Shown: one piece after another, positions 38,266 to 48,298 of the stretch
How the letters are laid out: each line of letters begins with the position of its first letter
Position numbering within the stretch: position 1 is the first letter of the stretch
IMG/VR virus record: IMGVR_UViG_3300043399_000272
Coordinates: 186,001-250,000 of that record
Length of the DNA stretch: 64,000 bases
Direction: 5' to 3' (one strand)
Position numbers and translations under genes: made by a program
The notes under the pieces: model-generated
Told to the model about the DNA's origin: nothing
Database searches by the model: none
Seen by the model: only the letters and a program-made list of their open reading frames with translations

Positions 38266-38895
38266 ATGGCAACAGCCTCTCAATCATTGTTCAACATGAC
38301 CGTAGCATCTGATAATGCTACAAATAGTCAAGGCTTGTTGATGCCAAAATTACAATATCGCTTCAGAGCTTTATTTTTGAATTTTGGAGTTGGCGGTGCA
38401 ACAACTGAACTTACTAAGCAAGTTATTGATATCGCTAGACCTAGTCTATCATTTACTGAAATACCAATTGATATTTACAACAGTAAAATTTACCTATCAG
38501 GTAAGCACGAATGGGCTGCTACTACAATCAACTTACGTGATGATGCACAAGGTAACGTAGCTAAGTTAGTAGGTCAACAGATTCAAAAGCAAATGGATTT
38601 CGTAGAGCAAGCAAGTGCTGCTACTGGTCAGGACTATAAGTTCCAGATCAACTATGAAGTTCTTGACGGTGGAAATGGCTTACTCACACCTACAGTTTTA
38701 GAAACTTGGGAATTGTATGGGTGCTTCGTACAACAAGCTAACTATAATACAATGAACTATTCTACCAATGAACCTGCAACAATTTCGTTAACTGTACGTT
38801 ACGATAACGCAATTCAGAGTCCGTTGACTTCTGGTATCGGTACTAACGTCGGTCGTGCATTCGGTGGCGGTACTGTAACAGGTATCGGTTCTTAA
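38266..38895 (+). CDS. tail tube protein (gp19-like)
   Basis: Follows sheath; PKLQYRFR, GKHEW..T, WELYGCF, TVRYD; late promoter at 38238. Confidence 0.85.
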   Translation: MATASQSLFNMTVASDNATNSQGLLMPKLQYRFRALFLNFGVGGATTELTKQVIDIARPSLSFTEIPIDIYNSKIYLSGKHEWAATTINLRDDAQGNVAKLVGQQIQKQMDFVEQASAATGQDYKFQINYEVLDGGNGLLTPTVLETWELYGCFVQQANYNTMNYSTNEPATISLTVRYDNAIQSPLTSGIGTNVGRAFGGGTVTGIGS

Positions 38896-38907
38896 TTAGG
38901 AGCCTAA

Positions 38908-40065
38908 ATGGCAGGTTTTTTTCAAGACCTTTTAGGGGACGCTACCAAAGCGTTCTTCGGTAATGACTACTTGCGTGATTATACTCACGCAAGTCTTACC
39001 TTTAGATCCAACGCATACCAATACTCACCCAAGTTTAAGTTTTTATTTCATGTTTATTTTGATATAAACACAGAGTATATTTCTACACAATTTCCTCAAG
39101 GAAGTAACTTTGGATTAGCTGTTAAAAACATACAACTACCTAAGTACACTGTTGATGTTACAACACTTAATCAATATAATAGAAAACGTCTAGTGCAGAC
39201 GAAATTAAAATACGATCCCATCAACATAGTATTTCACGATGATAACGGTAATTTAATTAGAAATTTATGGAATGCATATTATACATACTACTATAAAGAC
39301 GGATTACAAATAGATTCGTTTAGTAACGTCACTGCAGGTCCTCCTAATCCAAAATTTGATTTAAATAAGAGAAATGTGTATGATAGTAGTATCTCAGGAA
39401 ACGATGATTGGGGATACATCGGAGAATCTAGTAGAACACCGGTGACCACAGCAGGATCTGCGTTGGGTCAGACGAAAGCTCCGTTCTTCAGAGCTATTAA
39501 TATATACGGTTTTAACCAACACAATTTTGCATTGTATCGACTTATCAATCCTATGATTGAAAGTTTTAGCCACGACACCTACGACTACTCACAATCAAAC
39601 GGTGTAATGGAAAATCAAATGTCAATTGCGTATGAAACTGTAAATTATTTCCAAGGTGCAATTGACGGTAGAAGACCTGATCAGATTGTTAAACAATTTG
39701 GTGTCGATGGTCAATATGATAGAACATTGAGTCCTATCGCACGTCCGGGATCGAATGCCGCAATATTAGGTCCGGGTGGTTTATTAGATGCAGCAGGTGG
39801 TATCTTAGAAAATTTAGAAAGCGGAAACATTTTAGGTGCAATCCAGAAAGCAGGAGCTGCAAAAAATACTTTTAAGAACCCTCAAAATATAGTGAAGATA
39901 GCAACTGCAGAGGCGTTGGGAATGGCTAATACAGCATTACAGGGTTCACCTAACAGAAATACTCAGTTCACATTCCCAACTGAAGCAGCAACATTTATCA
40001 AGGGTGTTCCTGGACAAGTACAACAGGGTGTCCAGCAAATGTTGAAAAAGCCACCAACTGTATAA
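38908..40065 (+). CDS. tail-tube-like baseplate protein (gp48/gp54-like)
   Basis: PKFKFLFHV, LPK, YDPINIVFHDD, NPMI.SF, MSIAYE. Confidence 0.65.
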   Translation: MAGFFQDLLGDATKAFFGNDYLRDYTHASLTFRSNAYQYSPKFKFLFHVYFDINTEYISTQFPQGSNFGLAVKNIQLPKYTVDVTTLNQYNRKRLVQTKLKYDPINIVFHDDNGNLIRNLWNAYYTYYYKDGLQIDSFSNVTAGPPNPKFDLNKRNVYDSSISGNDDWGYIGESSRTPVTTAGSALGQTKAPFFRAINIYGFNQHNFALYRLINPMIESFSHDTYDYSQSNGVMENQMSIAYETVNYFQGAIDGRRPDQIVKQFGVDGQYDRTLSPIARPGSNAAILGPGGLLDAAGGILENLESGNILGAIQKAGAAKNTFKNPQNIVKIATAEALGMANTALQGSPNRNTQFTFPTEAATFIKGVPGQVQQGVQQMLKKPPTV

Positions 40066-40076
40066 TAAATACTTTT

Positions 40077-40439
40077 ATGGCACAACTAATTGACGCACCT
40101 AGAAATAATCTAGATAACACTGTTAGAATTTATGACCAGTTTTACAACTTTGATTTAGTTGTTGACGGTGGTCAATTTGATTTGGTTTATTCGTATTTCT
40201 TAAAGATCACTGGTAATAAAAATACAGCTAACAATTTCACCGGTATAATGTTTAGAATTTCTAACATTACTGGTGAAAATGTATTGTCATTACTTGATCA
40301 AATGAAGAACACAAGTAATCTTACAACTAGTAATCTTCTGACTTATTACTTAAACAGCTTAAGAAGTAAAACTACTTTGTACGGAATAGCCAATTTTCCT
40401 ATACCTAATGAAACTGTTCAACGAAACGTAGTACAATAA
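40077..40439 (+). CDS. hypothetical late protein
   Basis: AATAAATA at 40064. Confidence 0.65.
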   Translation: MAQLIDAPRNNLDNTVRIYDQFYNFDLVVDGGQFDLVYSYFLKITGNKNTANNFTGIMFRISNITGENVLSLLDQMKNTSNLTTSNLLTYYLNSLRSKTTLYGIANFPIPNETVQRNVVQ

Positions 40440-40440
40440 T

Positions 40441-40878
40441 ATGGCTAATTGGGCACAAGGTATCTATACTCCTAAAAACCCTGACAAATACATAGGAAAA
40501 CATAAGCCTAAGTATCGCAGTGGTTGGGAGTTTACCTTTATGCAATTTTGTGACAATAACGCATCTGTTCTTAAATGGGCAAGCGAGGCAATATCCATAC
40601 CTTACATGCATCCATTGACTGGTAAAAGAACTAATTACATACCAGACTTTTTCATAATCTACCAGAATAAATTTGGAAAACAATTAGCAGAAATAGTTGA
40701 GATTAAACCCAAAAAGCAAAGTTTGATTGAAAGCAGAGTAGCAAGTGCTAAGGACAGGGCAGTTGTTGCAATAAACCATGCTAAGTGGGCCGCAGCTATG
40801 GCCTACTGTAAACAAAACGGGTTTACATTCAGAGTTATCACAGAAGACGATTTGTTTAGAAACGGTAAACGCAAGTAA
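40441..40878 (+). CDS. head completion nuclease (gp4-like, TnsA fold)
   Basis: PKNPDKYIG, YRSGWE, WASE, Y.PDF, EIKP, N.AKW.AA. Confidence 0.9.
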   Translation: MANWAQGIYTPKNPDKYIGKHKPKYRSGWEFTFMQFCDNNASVLKWASEAISIPYMHPLTGKRTNYIPDFFIIYQNKFGKQLAEIVEIKPKKQSLIESRVASAKDRAVVAINHAKWAAAMAYCKQNGFTFRVITEDDLFRNGKRK

Positions 40879-40905
40879 TAAATACTACTATTACTTAATC
40901 GTCAA

Positions 40906-41397
40906 ATGACAAAAAAACTTTCAGAATTATTTGATTTACCTGAACCCGACGAACCTGATAATCTCAATGAACAGATTATCGAAAGTGCTGAGGTCCGAGA
41001 AATTACTCAAGAAGCCTTTTCTAATTTAGAAAAAATAGAAAATGCGTTGCCACAAGTTAAGGGTTTAGAAGCTGCTGACGGCGAGATGGATGATCTTGCT
41101 CAATTAGCACAAGACAGTTATAAAGATTTAATGGATCTTGGTATGCAAGTTGACAGTCGTTTTGCTAGTGAAATCTTTGGTGTAGCCGGTACTATGTTAG
41201 GACATGCTATTACAGCTAAAACAGCAAAGATTAATAAGAAATTAAAAATGTTAGACCTTCAATTAAAGAAGGCCCAACTAGATCAAAAAGCACTCTCACA
41301 AACTAAAGAAATAGAAAATACACCTGTCGGAGAAGGTCAACTGTTAGATAGAAACGAATTGCTCAAGCAAATTCTAGCTAACAAAAAATCCGACTGA
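40906..41397 (+). CDS. terminase small subunit-like (gp16-like)
   Basis: Helical core, SRFASEIFGVA; C-terminal DRNELLK; adjacent to gp4. Confidence 0.5.
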   Translation: MTKKLSELFDLPEPDEPDNLNEQIIESAEVREITQEAFSNLEKIENALPQVKGLEAADGEMDDLAQLAQDSYKDLMDLGMQVDSRFASEIFGVAGTMLGHAITAKTAKINKKLKMLDLQLKKAQLDQKALSQTKEIENTPVGEGQLLDRNELLKQILANKKSD

Positions 41398-41425
41398 TTG
41401 ATAAATAATATATAGGAATAACAAA

Positions 41426-42025
41426 ATGAAGAACCTACGTCATTATCTAACAGAAAGTGCTAGAACGTATAACTACACCATCAAAATTCTTGGTGACGTT
41501 GACAGCAAGTTTATGGACATGTTTAAATACAATCTTACAAAGTTTGATCCAGTAAAGATTGATGATCCAAAGACTACCCCTATTCAAAAAACTGTTGCTG
41601 GATTTCCTGATGCAGAGAACAATAGCTTAACTATTATTAGAGCAGAATTTAGATATCCAGCAACAGAGCCAATGATTCAACAATGTGCTCAAGCATGCGG
41701 ATGTAATATCAATCGTGTAAGAATGTTTACAACTGATTTTGCAGATTCAGTCGAGCACGAAGCAAAACAATATCAAAATGAGGTTGATGATAGTCCTTTA
41801 TTGTTAGATTCTGAATTGTCAGATAGCGGGAAAGAAGCTAGCAAAGAATACGCAAACCAATATCTAGATAGAGTTGTTCCTAAGAAACCTAGTGTTGATA
41901 TCCCGTTCGCCGCAAAGCCTACTCCTATCGCACCTAAGAACAACAAAGAAGAAAGTCATATGAGTCCGATGAGTAAAATTACTCGTCCTCAAAAACCAGC
42001 TACAGGAGCTAGTAAGGCAAAATGA
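41426..42025 (+). CDS. hypothetical late (head-associated?) protein
   Basis: GATAAATA at 41400; MKNLRHYLTE leader. Confidence 0.6.
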   Translation: MKNLRHYLTESARTYNYTIKILGDVDSKFMDMFKYNLTKFDPVKIDDPKTTPIQKTVAGFPDAENNSLTIIRAEFRYPATEPMIQQCAQACGCNINRVRMFTTDFADSVEHEAKQYQNEVDDSPLLLDSELSDSGKEASKEYANQYLDRVVPKKPSVDIPFAAKPTPIAPKNNKEESHMSPMSKITRPQKPATGASKAK

Positions 42026-42252
42026 TTGATTTTACATCTTCACAGTTGAGTTGGATACTCATCGGTGCTTGTAGTATCGGTGGCACCGGTTATATTACCA
42101 TTGATAACAAAATCAATGATATGGACGTAAAAATGGCAATAGTTCAAACTAAAGCTGATGCAACTGAGAAGAAGTTGAATGAAATGGCTGTTCAATTAGA
42201 CAGGGTTGAACAACTGTTAATAGCACAAAATACGAAAAAAGGATCACGATAA
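42022..42252 (+). CDS. small membrane-anchored coiled-coil protein
   Basis: N-terminal hydrophobic segment followed by heptads. Confidence 0.55.
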   Translation: MIDFTSSQLSWILIGACSIGGTGYITIDNKINDMDVKMAIVQTKADATEKKLNEMAVQLDRVEQLLIAQNTKKGSR

Positions 42253-44447
42253 TGGATTTTAGAAATATGTTACAATCGTTAACCTCATTAGCTGAAGGTG
42301 AAACAAAAGATACCAAGACTGGTCGTGTACATAAAGGCAGTTATGGTACTTCTTATGACGGTGACGATGATAAAAAAGAAAAGAAACCTGAAGTAAAGCG
42401 TGGTCGTGGCCGCCCTAAAAAGGACGCAGGTGAAGACGGCGAAGTAAAGAAATATGATACTAAAGGTCTACATGATGTGTTCGGTGGCGGTAAGAAACCT
42501 AAGAAAGAAGTCGGCAAGACTTCTAAGAAACACTCATTAAAAGAATACATTGAAGAAGTTGCTGATAGCAAAACTCAGTTAGATGAGGCAGAGCAGATTA
42601 CTATTCAACCTGCACAACAAAATACACAGGTCATCAAGCAAGGTAATAAGACATTAGGTACAGTTACTAACCCACAATTAGCTCAGCAAATTAAGCAGTC
42701 AATAGGTAAGGGTGAAATGTCTTTAGCCGGTGATGAGTTAACTGACGAAGGTGTAATGGACACCATGAAGAAAGCAGGTTCTGCTGTTTTGAATAAATTA
42801 GGTCACGGTAGTGATGCTGAATTATTGAAGAAGTTACAAAAACAAGCCGGCGCGCAAAATGCACAAGTTCACGGTAAGCCATCGATGGCATCTTCTAATA
42901 CACAAAAGCCTGTAACAGAAAAAGCTCCTGAAGGTTGGGAAGGTACAGTTAAAGCGATGAAGAAGCACAAGGATGAGATTGATAATCCTTGGGCTCTAGC
43001 ACACTACATGAAGAACAAAGGTTATAAGAGTCATAAAAAGGCTGAAGAGATGACTGAATCTTTTAAAATGGAAGACGGCTCTCTTTTGACTGAGGGTTCT
43101 TTAAGAAGTTTAGTTCTCTGTTTGATGGATGATCTAAGAAATGGTCCTGAAGGTTATAATATCTTACCTGCAGTAGAAATGCAAGATCGTGCAAAAGCAC
43201 AGCGAACAATTGATAAAGTATTACAGCACGGTGATCGTTATAAGCGTTTAGCTGGAACATTAAAAGGTCATTTACGTGATGCTGCCTTAGAAGAATTTGG
43301 ATTCACAGACTATGATGCCAGCTTAGAAGAAGCAGACACACGTCCTGAGCCAGAACTATTAGCACCTGTTCCTAGCAAAGAAGCGTTTAGAACTACTGGA
43401 ATGGATAGCAAATTAGGCAATCCTAAAGAGTTTGTTCCTAGTAGAACGCAAGCTCCTGCAGCAAAGCCTGGTATTTTCAGAGCAGCTGGGTCAGTAGCTA
43501 GCAAATTAAATCCATTCAGAAAACTCGGAGAAAATAAAGAAATGAAAGATACTCAATTAGAAAGCTGGGAACAGCATTTAAATTCATTATTAAATGAAGG
43601 TATTACTGTTACTAGCAGTACTGGACAGCAAGGCTCCCCAGACTCAGTGAGTATAAATGCCACAGACACTGACGCACAAGAATTATTAGCAATTGTAAGA
43701 CAAGCTGGTCTAGGTGTTTTTGGTAATCAAGAACAAGAGGTTAGTGATTACGGTGCTCCAATGAGTACTGGAAGTGAAGAACCAGCAGGACATGGAACAG
43801 ACCCTGAGGTTTCACCTACTGTAGTTGGCGACGGTGACGATATGATGGCATTAATCAAAAAAATGACAGGTATTGACACGAGTGGTTCTGAAGACTATGC
43901 TGATGAAGAAGGTGAAGAAACACACACATTAGAACCTGCAGATTCTGATGAAAGTGAAGATGACACAGAAGAAAAAACTGATGAAGGTAATGCTTTCACC
44001 GGTGCCTTAGCAAAAGCAAAAGCTGATGGTGTGCAGCCCGGTGAAAAAATGAAAGTTGGTGGAAAAGAATATCCTGTCAAAGAAGAAGATGAAGTCGAAG
44101 AAGGTAACAAGTTTACTGGTAATTTAGCAAAAGCACGTGCCGCTGGAAAGAAAGAAGCTGACTTAGACGGCGACGGCGACATGGAAAAAGTGCATGAGGG
44201 TGAACATACTTGCAATGAATGTGGAATGTATGAGTCACAATGCGGTTGCGAAGAGCCTGTTGAAGAAGGATTCTCAAACGATGCGGGCGGTGACGCAATG
44301 GCCGATACAGAAATGGCAAAGTTAAAAGCACTCCTATCAATGGGAAATGATCTACACAAATTAAAAAGAAATCAAACTGTAGGTAACCCCACGCAAGTTG
44401 CATTTGAATCACAAATAAATGACTGGAAGAAGTTAAGCGGTCTGTAA
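42252..44447 (+). CDS. large charged low-complexity protein; putative prohead core/internal protein
   Basis: Many (L/V)xE-(G/A/S) sites; repeat EGNAFTGALAKA/EGNKFTGNLAKA. Confidence 0.55.
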   Translation: MDFRNMLQSLTSLAEGETKDTKTGRVHKGSYGTSYDGDDDKKEKKPEVKRGRGRPKKDAGEDGEVKKYDTKGLHDVFGGGKKPKKEVGKTSKKHSLKEYIEEVADSKTQLDEAEQITIQPAQQNTQVIKQGNKTLGTVTNPQLAQQIKQSIGKGEMSLAGDELTDEGVMDTMKKAGSAVLNKLGHGSDAELLKKLQKQAGAQNAQVHGKPSMASSNTQKPVTEKAPEGWEGTVKAMKKHKDEIDNPWALAHYMKNKGYKSHKKAEEMTESFKMEDGSLLTEGSLRSLVLCLMDDLRNGPEGYNILPAVEMQDRAKAQRTIDKVLQHGDRYKRLAGTLKGHLRDAALEEFGFTDYDASLEEADTRPEPELLAPVPSKEAFRTTGMDSKLGNPKEFVPSRTQAPAAKPGIFRAAGSVASKLNPFRKLGENKEMKDTQLESWEQHLNSLLNEGITVTSSTGQQGSPDSVSINATDTDAQELLAIVRQAGLGVFGNQEQEVSDYGAPMSTGSEEPAGHGTDPEVSPTVVGDGDDMMALIKKMTGIDTSGSEDYADEEGEETHTLEPADSDESEDDTEEKTDEGNAFTGALAKAKADGVQPGEKMKVGGKEYPVKEEDEVEEGNKFTGNLAKARAAGKKEADLDGDGDMEKVHEGEHTCNECGMYESQCGCEEPVEEGFSNDAGGDAMADTEMAKLKALLSMGNDLHKLKRNQTVGNPTQVAFESQINDWKKLSGL

Positions 44448-44467
44448 ATAACAAAACCGTACCTCAT

Positions 44468-44496
44468 AGCCCGAGTAAATTTACTCGGGCTTTTTT
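44468..44496 (+). terminator. rho-independent terminator
   Basis: agcccgagtaa-at-ttactcgggctttttt. Confidence 0.85.
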
Positions 44497-44551
44497 ACGG
44501 GCATACTAAGAATAATAAAACGATAAATACTAGATAAGGTAGACTATTGAT

Positions 44552-47500
44552 ATGGCTCAACAATACATAGACTTTGGTACATTTCCAAACGATCCATCGG
44601 CTGATCCGATTCGATCAGCATTTCAGAAAATAAACGAAAACTTCAATGAACTTTACGGTACTTTTTTCTCGTCCGGTGTTACATCTATTACCACTACTGG
44701 TGGTATTACAGCTCCGGCAGGAGGAACAGGGGACGTATTAATTGAGGGTAATTTCCCTAGAATTCAGATTATTACAGGTAGTAATTTAACAGTTGGAGCA
44801 GGTGCACCTAACACTACCCAGTCAGCAAATATCACTACCTTTTCTGTTCCGTTTTATTTAGATTTAGCTAATTCGATTAATACACAATCAGCTACTTTTA
44901 CAACAGGTGTAACTACATCTAATCTTAGCGTAGGCAACGTAGTAACTAGCTCATTAATTCCCAATGCATCTACCGGTCAATTAGGAAATAGTACCAATAG
45001 ATGGGGTAATTTATTTGTTACTTCTAATATAAATTTAGGAGCAGCAGCCAATAGTCAAACGATTAGATCAAACACTTCAGGTGTAATTCTAACTAATCTT
45101 TTTGTAACATCAAACACTGTAATAGGTAATGCTAACATCACCGGATTAGTTACTGCAGGCAATGCTACTGTGACAGGTCTAACGACTACAAATAATTTAA
45201 CAGTAACTGGAAATTTGATCGGTAACTTAATTCCTGATCAAGACGAAGTTTATAATTTAGGTAGCCCCACACGTAAGTTTAAAGAATTATTTCTTGCTGC
45301 GAATACTTTGACATTGGGTGCAGTTACAATATCAGCAGACTCAAATAGCATTATTGTTCCTAATTTATCAGTCACTGACACAATCAGTGTAGGTACGATA
45401 ACTGCAGGATTTGTCGACGGTATAATAACTGCAACATCACAACCATTAATTACTAGTTTGGGCGCATTAAGCAACTTGACTGTTGCTGGTTGTGTAGCGA
45501 TTGGTAATACATTAATTGATTCTAACGGGGCAATCACAGTAGGTAGTACAGTTATTGATCCTTCCGGTAACATTATACTACCGGCTAATGGTACAATTAC
45601 TGGAACAGTTATTACTCCACCGGGCGGAACAGTTAGTGCTCCGGGTTCTAATACACAAATCTTATTCAATGATGACGGTAACTTAGCAGCAGTTCCAGGA
45701 CTACAATTCAACAAAGTAACTAGTTTATTAAGTATTTCAGGTAATGTAGCAGGAGGAAACTTAGTATCTTCAGGTGCTCTATCAGTTACTGGTAACGGTA
45801 GTGTAGGCGGCACATTTAGTGCTACTGGAAATGTGAACGCTGGCAATTTAATTACCTTAGGTGTTTTAAGTGCTAGCGGCAATATTTCAGGCGGTAATAT
45901 TTCAACTAATGGATTCTTACAAGTAGTAGGCAATGCTAGTTTGGGCAATATTACAACAACTAGAATAGATGGTACTATAGTTAGTGTATCGGGTAATATT
46001 TCAGGCGCTAACTTAATTGCTAGCGGTATAATGCGAGTAGACGGTAACGCAAACGTAGGTAACCTAACTACTAGTGGTTTAGTGTCAGCCGCAACAATAA
46101 ATGCATCAGGAAATGTGTCTGCTGGTAATATTAGTGTTTCCGGATCACTAGCAGTTGACACATTATCAGGAAATAACTTAAGTTCTAGTGGCAACTTAAC
46201 TGTTACCGGTAATTCTTCTTTAGCAAATGCAATAGCTACAAGTCTATCTGCTATAGGTAATATTTCAAGTAGTAATTTAAATATTACCGGTAATTCTTCT
46301 TTAGCAAATGCAATAGCTACAAGTCTATCTGCTATAGGTAATATTTCAAGTAGTAACTTAATCATCACTGGTAATTCTACACTAGCTAATGCATTGGCTG
46401 CGAGTCTTGCAGCTACGGGTAATGTTTCAGGTGGAAACATATTGACTGGTGGACTAATTAATGCTACTGGTAATATATTAGGTGGTAACTTATCCACCAC
46501 TGGTGTAGTTTCTGCTACAGGTAATGTTTCAGGTGGCAATATAACAACTACAGGGTTAATCACTGCGAATGGCACCATCGTCGGCGGCAATCTATCCACT
46601 GCTGGTGTAGTTTCTGCTACAGGTAATGTTTCAGGTGGAAACTTAACTACAAACGGATTAATTGTAGCTACAGGCAATGTCTCAGGTGGTAACTTATCTA
46701 CTACAGGTGTAGTCTCTGCTACAGGTAATATATTAGGTGGTAACTTATCTACTACAGGTGTAGTCTCTGCTACAGGTAATATATTAGGTGGTAACATTAA
46801 TGCTAACGGTAGCGTTACAGGTAACTTGTTTAGTGCTAATTTCTTCAGCGGTGATGGAAACAGCATAACAAACTTGAATGCGTTAAATGCTAAGAATAAG
46901 ATTGTGCCAACTGGTTTATTAATTGGTTCAGGAACAGCAACTATAACTTTCTCTACGCAATCTTTTGCCCCGTTTGATATTGGACAAACAGTAAATGTTT
47001 CAAACATTTTACCAAGTGGATTAAACGGTTCACAGACCATTACGTTCTGCAACGCAGACACATTAACATTTAGTACTGCACTAACCTCAAACGTTGGATT
47101 TGTGCCAGGTACATCAATAGTATCAGGTGACATTAAAGTTTCAAGTGCTATAAGTGCTGCTTCGGCAAATACTGCTAATTCTGCGAATACTGCTAACTCA
47201 GCAACGATTGCTGGACAAGTTACAGGTGCAACACAAGGAAACATCACAAGTGTAGGAACTTTAGTAGGATTGACTGTTGCTCCAACTGGATCAATAACCG
47301 GTGCTAATACTATTTCAGGTAATTTTATTTCAGGTAATTTTGTTCTTGCAAGTGTTACTAGTGGCATCGTTGCTTCTGGTACTACTCAAAGCACCGCATA
47401 TCCGTTGATTAGTCAATATAATGTTGTTTCTACTTCTAGTACAGGAACTGCTGATGGTGTACGTTTACCAACAGCTACAGTGGGTATGCAAGTTATTATC

Positions 47501-47662
47501 ATCAATAATACTGCAAACAGTGTTAAAGTTTATCCAGCATCAAGTGCAAAAATAGATTCCCTAGCAACAAATGCATCATTCTCATTGGGTACAGGTGCAA
47601 GACTATTATTAGTAGCAACAGGGATTTCTCAGTGGTACACAATGGTTGGTGTTTACGGTTAA
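44552..47662 (+). CDS. long tail fibre with gp9/gp10-like N-terminus
   Basis: DPIRSAFQKINENFNELY resembles the T4 gp9/gp10 N-terminus; GN(V/I)SGGN repeats; late promoter at 44522. Confidence 0.75.
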   Translation: MAQQYIDFGTFPNDPSADPIRSAFQKINENFNELYGTFFSSGVTSITTTGGITAPAGGTGDVLIEGNFPRIQIITGSNLTVGAGAPNTTQSANITTFSVPFYLDLANSINTQSATFTTGVTTSNLSVGNVVTSSLIPNASTGQLGNSTNRWGNLFVTSNINLGAAANSQTIRSNTSGVILTNLFVTSNTVIGNANITGLVTAGNATVTGLTTTNNLTVTGNLIGNLIPDQDEVYNLGSPTRKFKELFLAANTLTLGAVTISADSNSIIVPNLSVTDTISVGTITAGFVDGIITATSQPLITSLGALSNLTVAGCVAIGNTLIDSNGAITVGSTVIDPSGNIILPANGTITGTVITPPGGTVSAPGSNTQILFNDDGNLAAVPGLQFNKVTSLLSISGNVAGGNLVSSGALSVTGNGSVGGTFSATGNVNAGNLITLGVLSASGNISGGNISTNGFLQVVGNASLGNITTTRIDGTIVSVSGNISGANLIASGIMRVDGNANVGNLTTSGLVSAATINASGNVSAGNISVSGSLAVDTLSGNNLSSSGNLTVTGNSSLANAIATSLSAIGNISSSNLNITGNSSLANAIATSLSAIGNISSSNLIITGNSTLANALAASLAATGNVSGGNILTGGLINATGNILGGNLSTTGVVSATGNVSGGNITTTGLITANGTIVGGNLSTAGVVSATGNVSGGNLTTNGLIVATGNVSGGNLSTTGVVSATGNILGGNLSTTGVVSATGNILGGNINANGSVTGNLFSANFFSGDGNSITNLNALNAKNKIVPTGLLIGSGTATITFSTQSFAPFDIGQTVNVSNILPSGLNGSQTITFCNADTLTFSTALTSNVGFVPGTSIVSGDIKVSSAISAASANTANSANTANSATIAGQVTGATQGNITSVGTLVGLTVAPTGSITGANTISGNFISGNFVLASVTSGIVASGTTQSTAYPLISQYNVVSTSSTGTADGVRLPTATVGMQVIIINNTANSVKVYPASSAKIDSLATNASFSLGTGARLLLVATGISQWYTMVGVYG
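46203..46356 (+). repeat. 81-nt-period tandem duplication (73 nt identical) in fibre gene
   Basis: ttaccggtaattcttc...tcaagtagtaa at 46203 and 46284. Confidence 0.9.
46684..46795 (+). repeat. 51-nt (17 aa) tandem repeat in fibre gene
   Basis: aggtggtaacttatctactacaggtgtagtctctgctacaggtaatatatt x2; degenerate copies extend upstream. Confidence 0.9.
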
Positions 47663-47673
47663 TAGGAGTTTTT

Positions 47674-48297
47674 ATGATTACAGTAGATATTTTACAAAAA
47701 ATATGCCCAAAGACGAAAACGGCAGTATTAGAAAGATATGCGTTACCTCTTCACGAAGTAGCAGAGTACTACGATATGTACAAAAATCCAAAACGTGCGG
47801 CTGCCTTTTTAGCACAAATCGCACACGAGTCAGGTGGATTTAATTTTGTAACAGAAAATTTAAACTACAGTGCTAAGGGGTTGATGACTACTTTCAAAAA
47901 GTATTTCCCAACAGAAGAATTAGCAAAGCAATATGAGAGAAAGCCTGAAAAGATTGCTAATCGTGTTTATGCTAATCGAATGAGTAACGGAGATGAAAAT
48001 AGTGGTGATGGCTGGAAGTTCAGAGGTCGTGGATTAATACAATTGACAGGCCGAGCTAACTATACACGGTTTGCCGAAGACTTAGGCATTAGCCTTGACG
48101 AAACGGTTGCATATTTAGAAACTCCTGCAGGCGCAGTTTCTAGTGCAGGATGGTTCTGGGATAACAATAACTTAAATCAGTTATGTGATAAAGATGATTT
48201 CGTGACTCTTACGAAAAGAATTAACGGTGGCACTATTGGTTTAGAAGATAGAAAACATCACTATCATATTGCATTAGAGGCATTAGGCGTTCACTAA
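47674..48297 (+). CDS. glycoside hydrolase family 19 endolysin
   Basis: FLAQIAHESG, ENLNYS, GRGLIQLTG..NY, INGG..GL.DR. Confidence 0.9.
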   Translation: MITVDILQKICPKTKTAVLERYALPLHEVAEYYDMYKNPKRAAAFLAQIAHESGGFNFVTENLNYSAKGLMTTFKKYFPTEELAKQYERKPEKIANRVYANRMSNGDENSGDGWKFRGRGLIQLTGRANYTRFAEDLGISLDETVAYLETPAGAVSSAGWFWDNNNLNQLCDKDDFVTLTKRINGGTIGLEDRKHHYHIALEALGVH

Positions 48298-48298
48298 C

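Noticed and set aside
45250-47367. 705-aa antisense ORF
   Set aside because: It is a shadow of the repetitive Gly/Asn/Thr fibre gene, whose codon pattern avoids reverse-strand stops; it has no RBS or promoter and mirrors the repeats.
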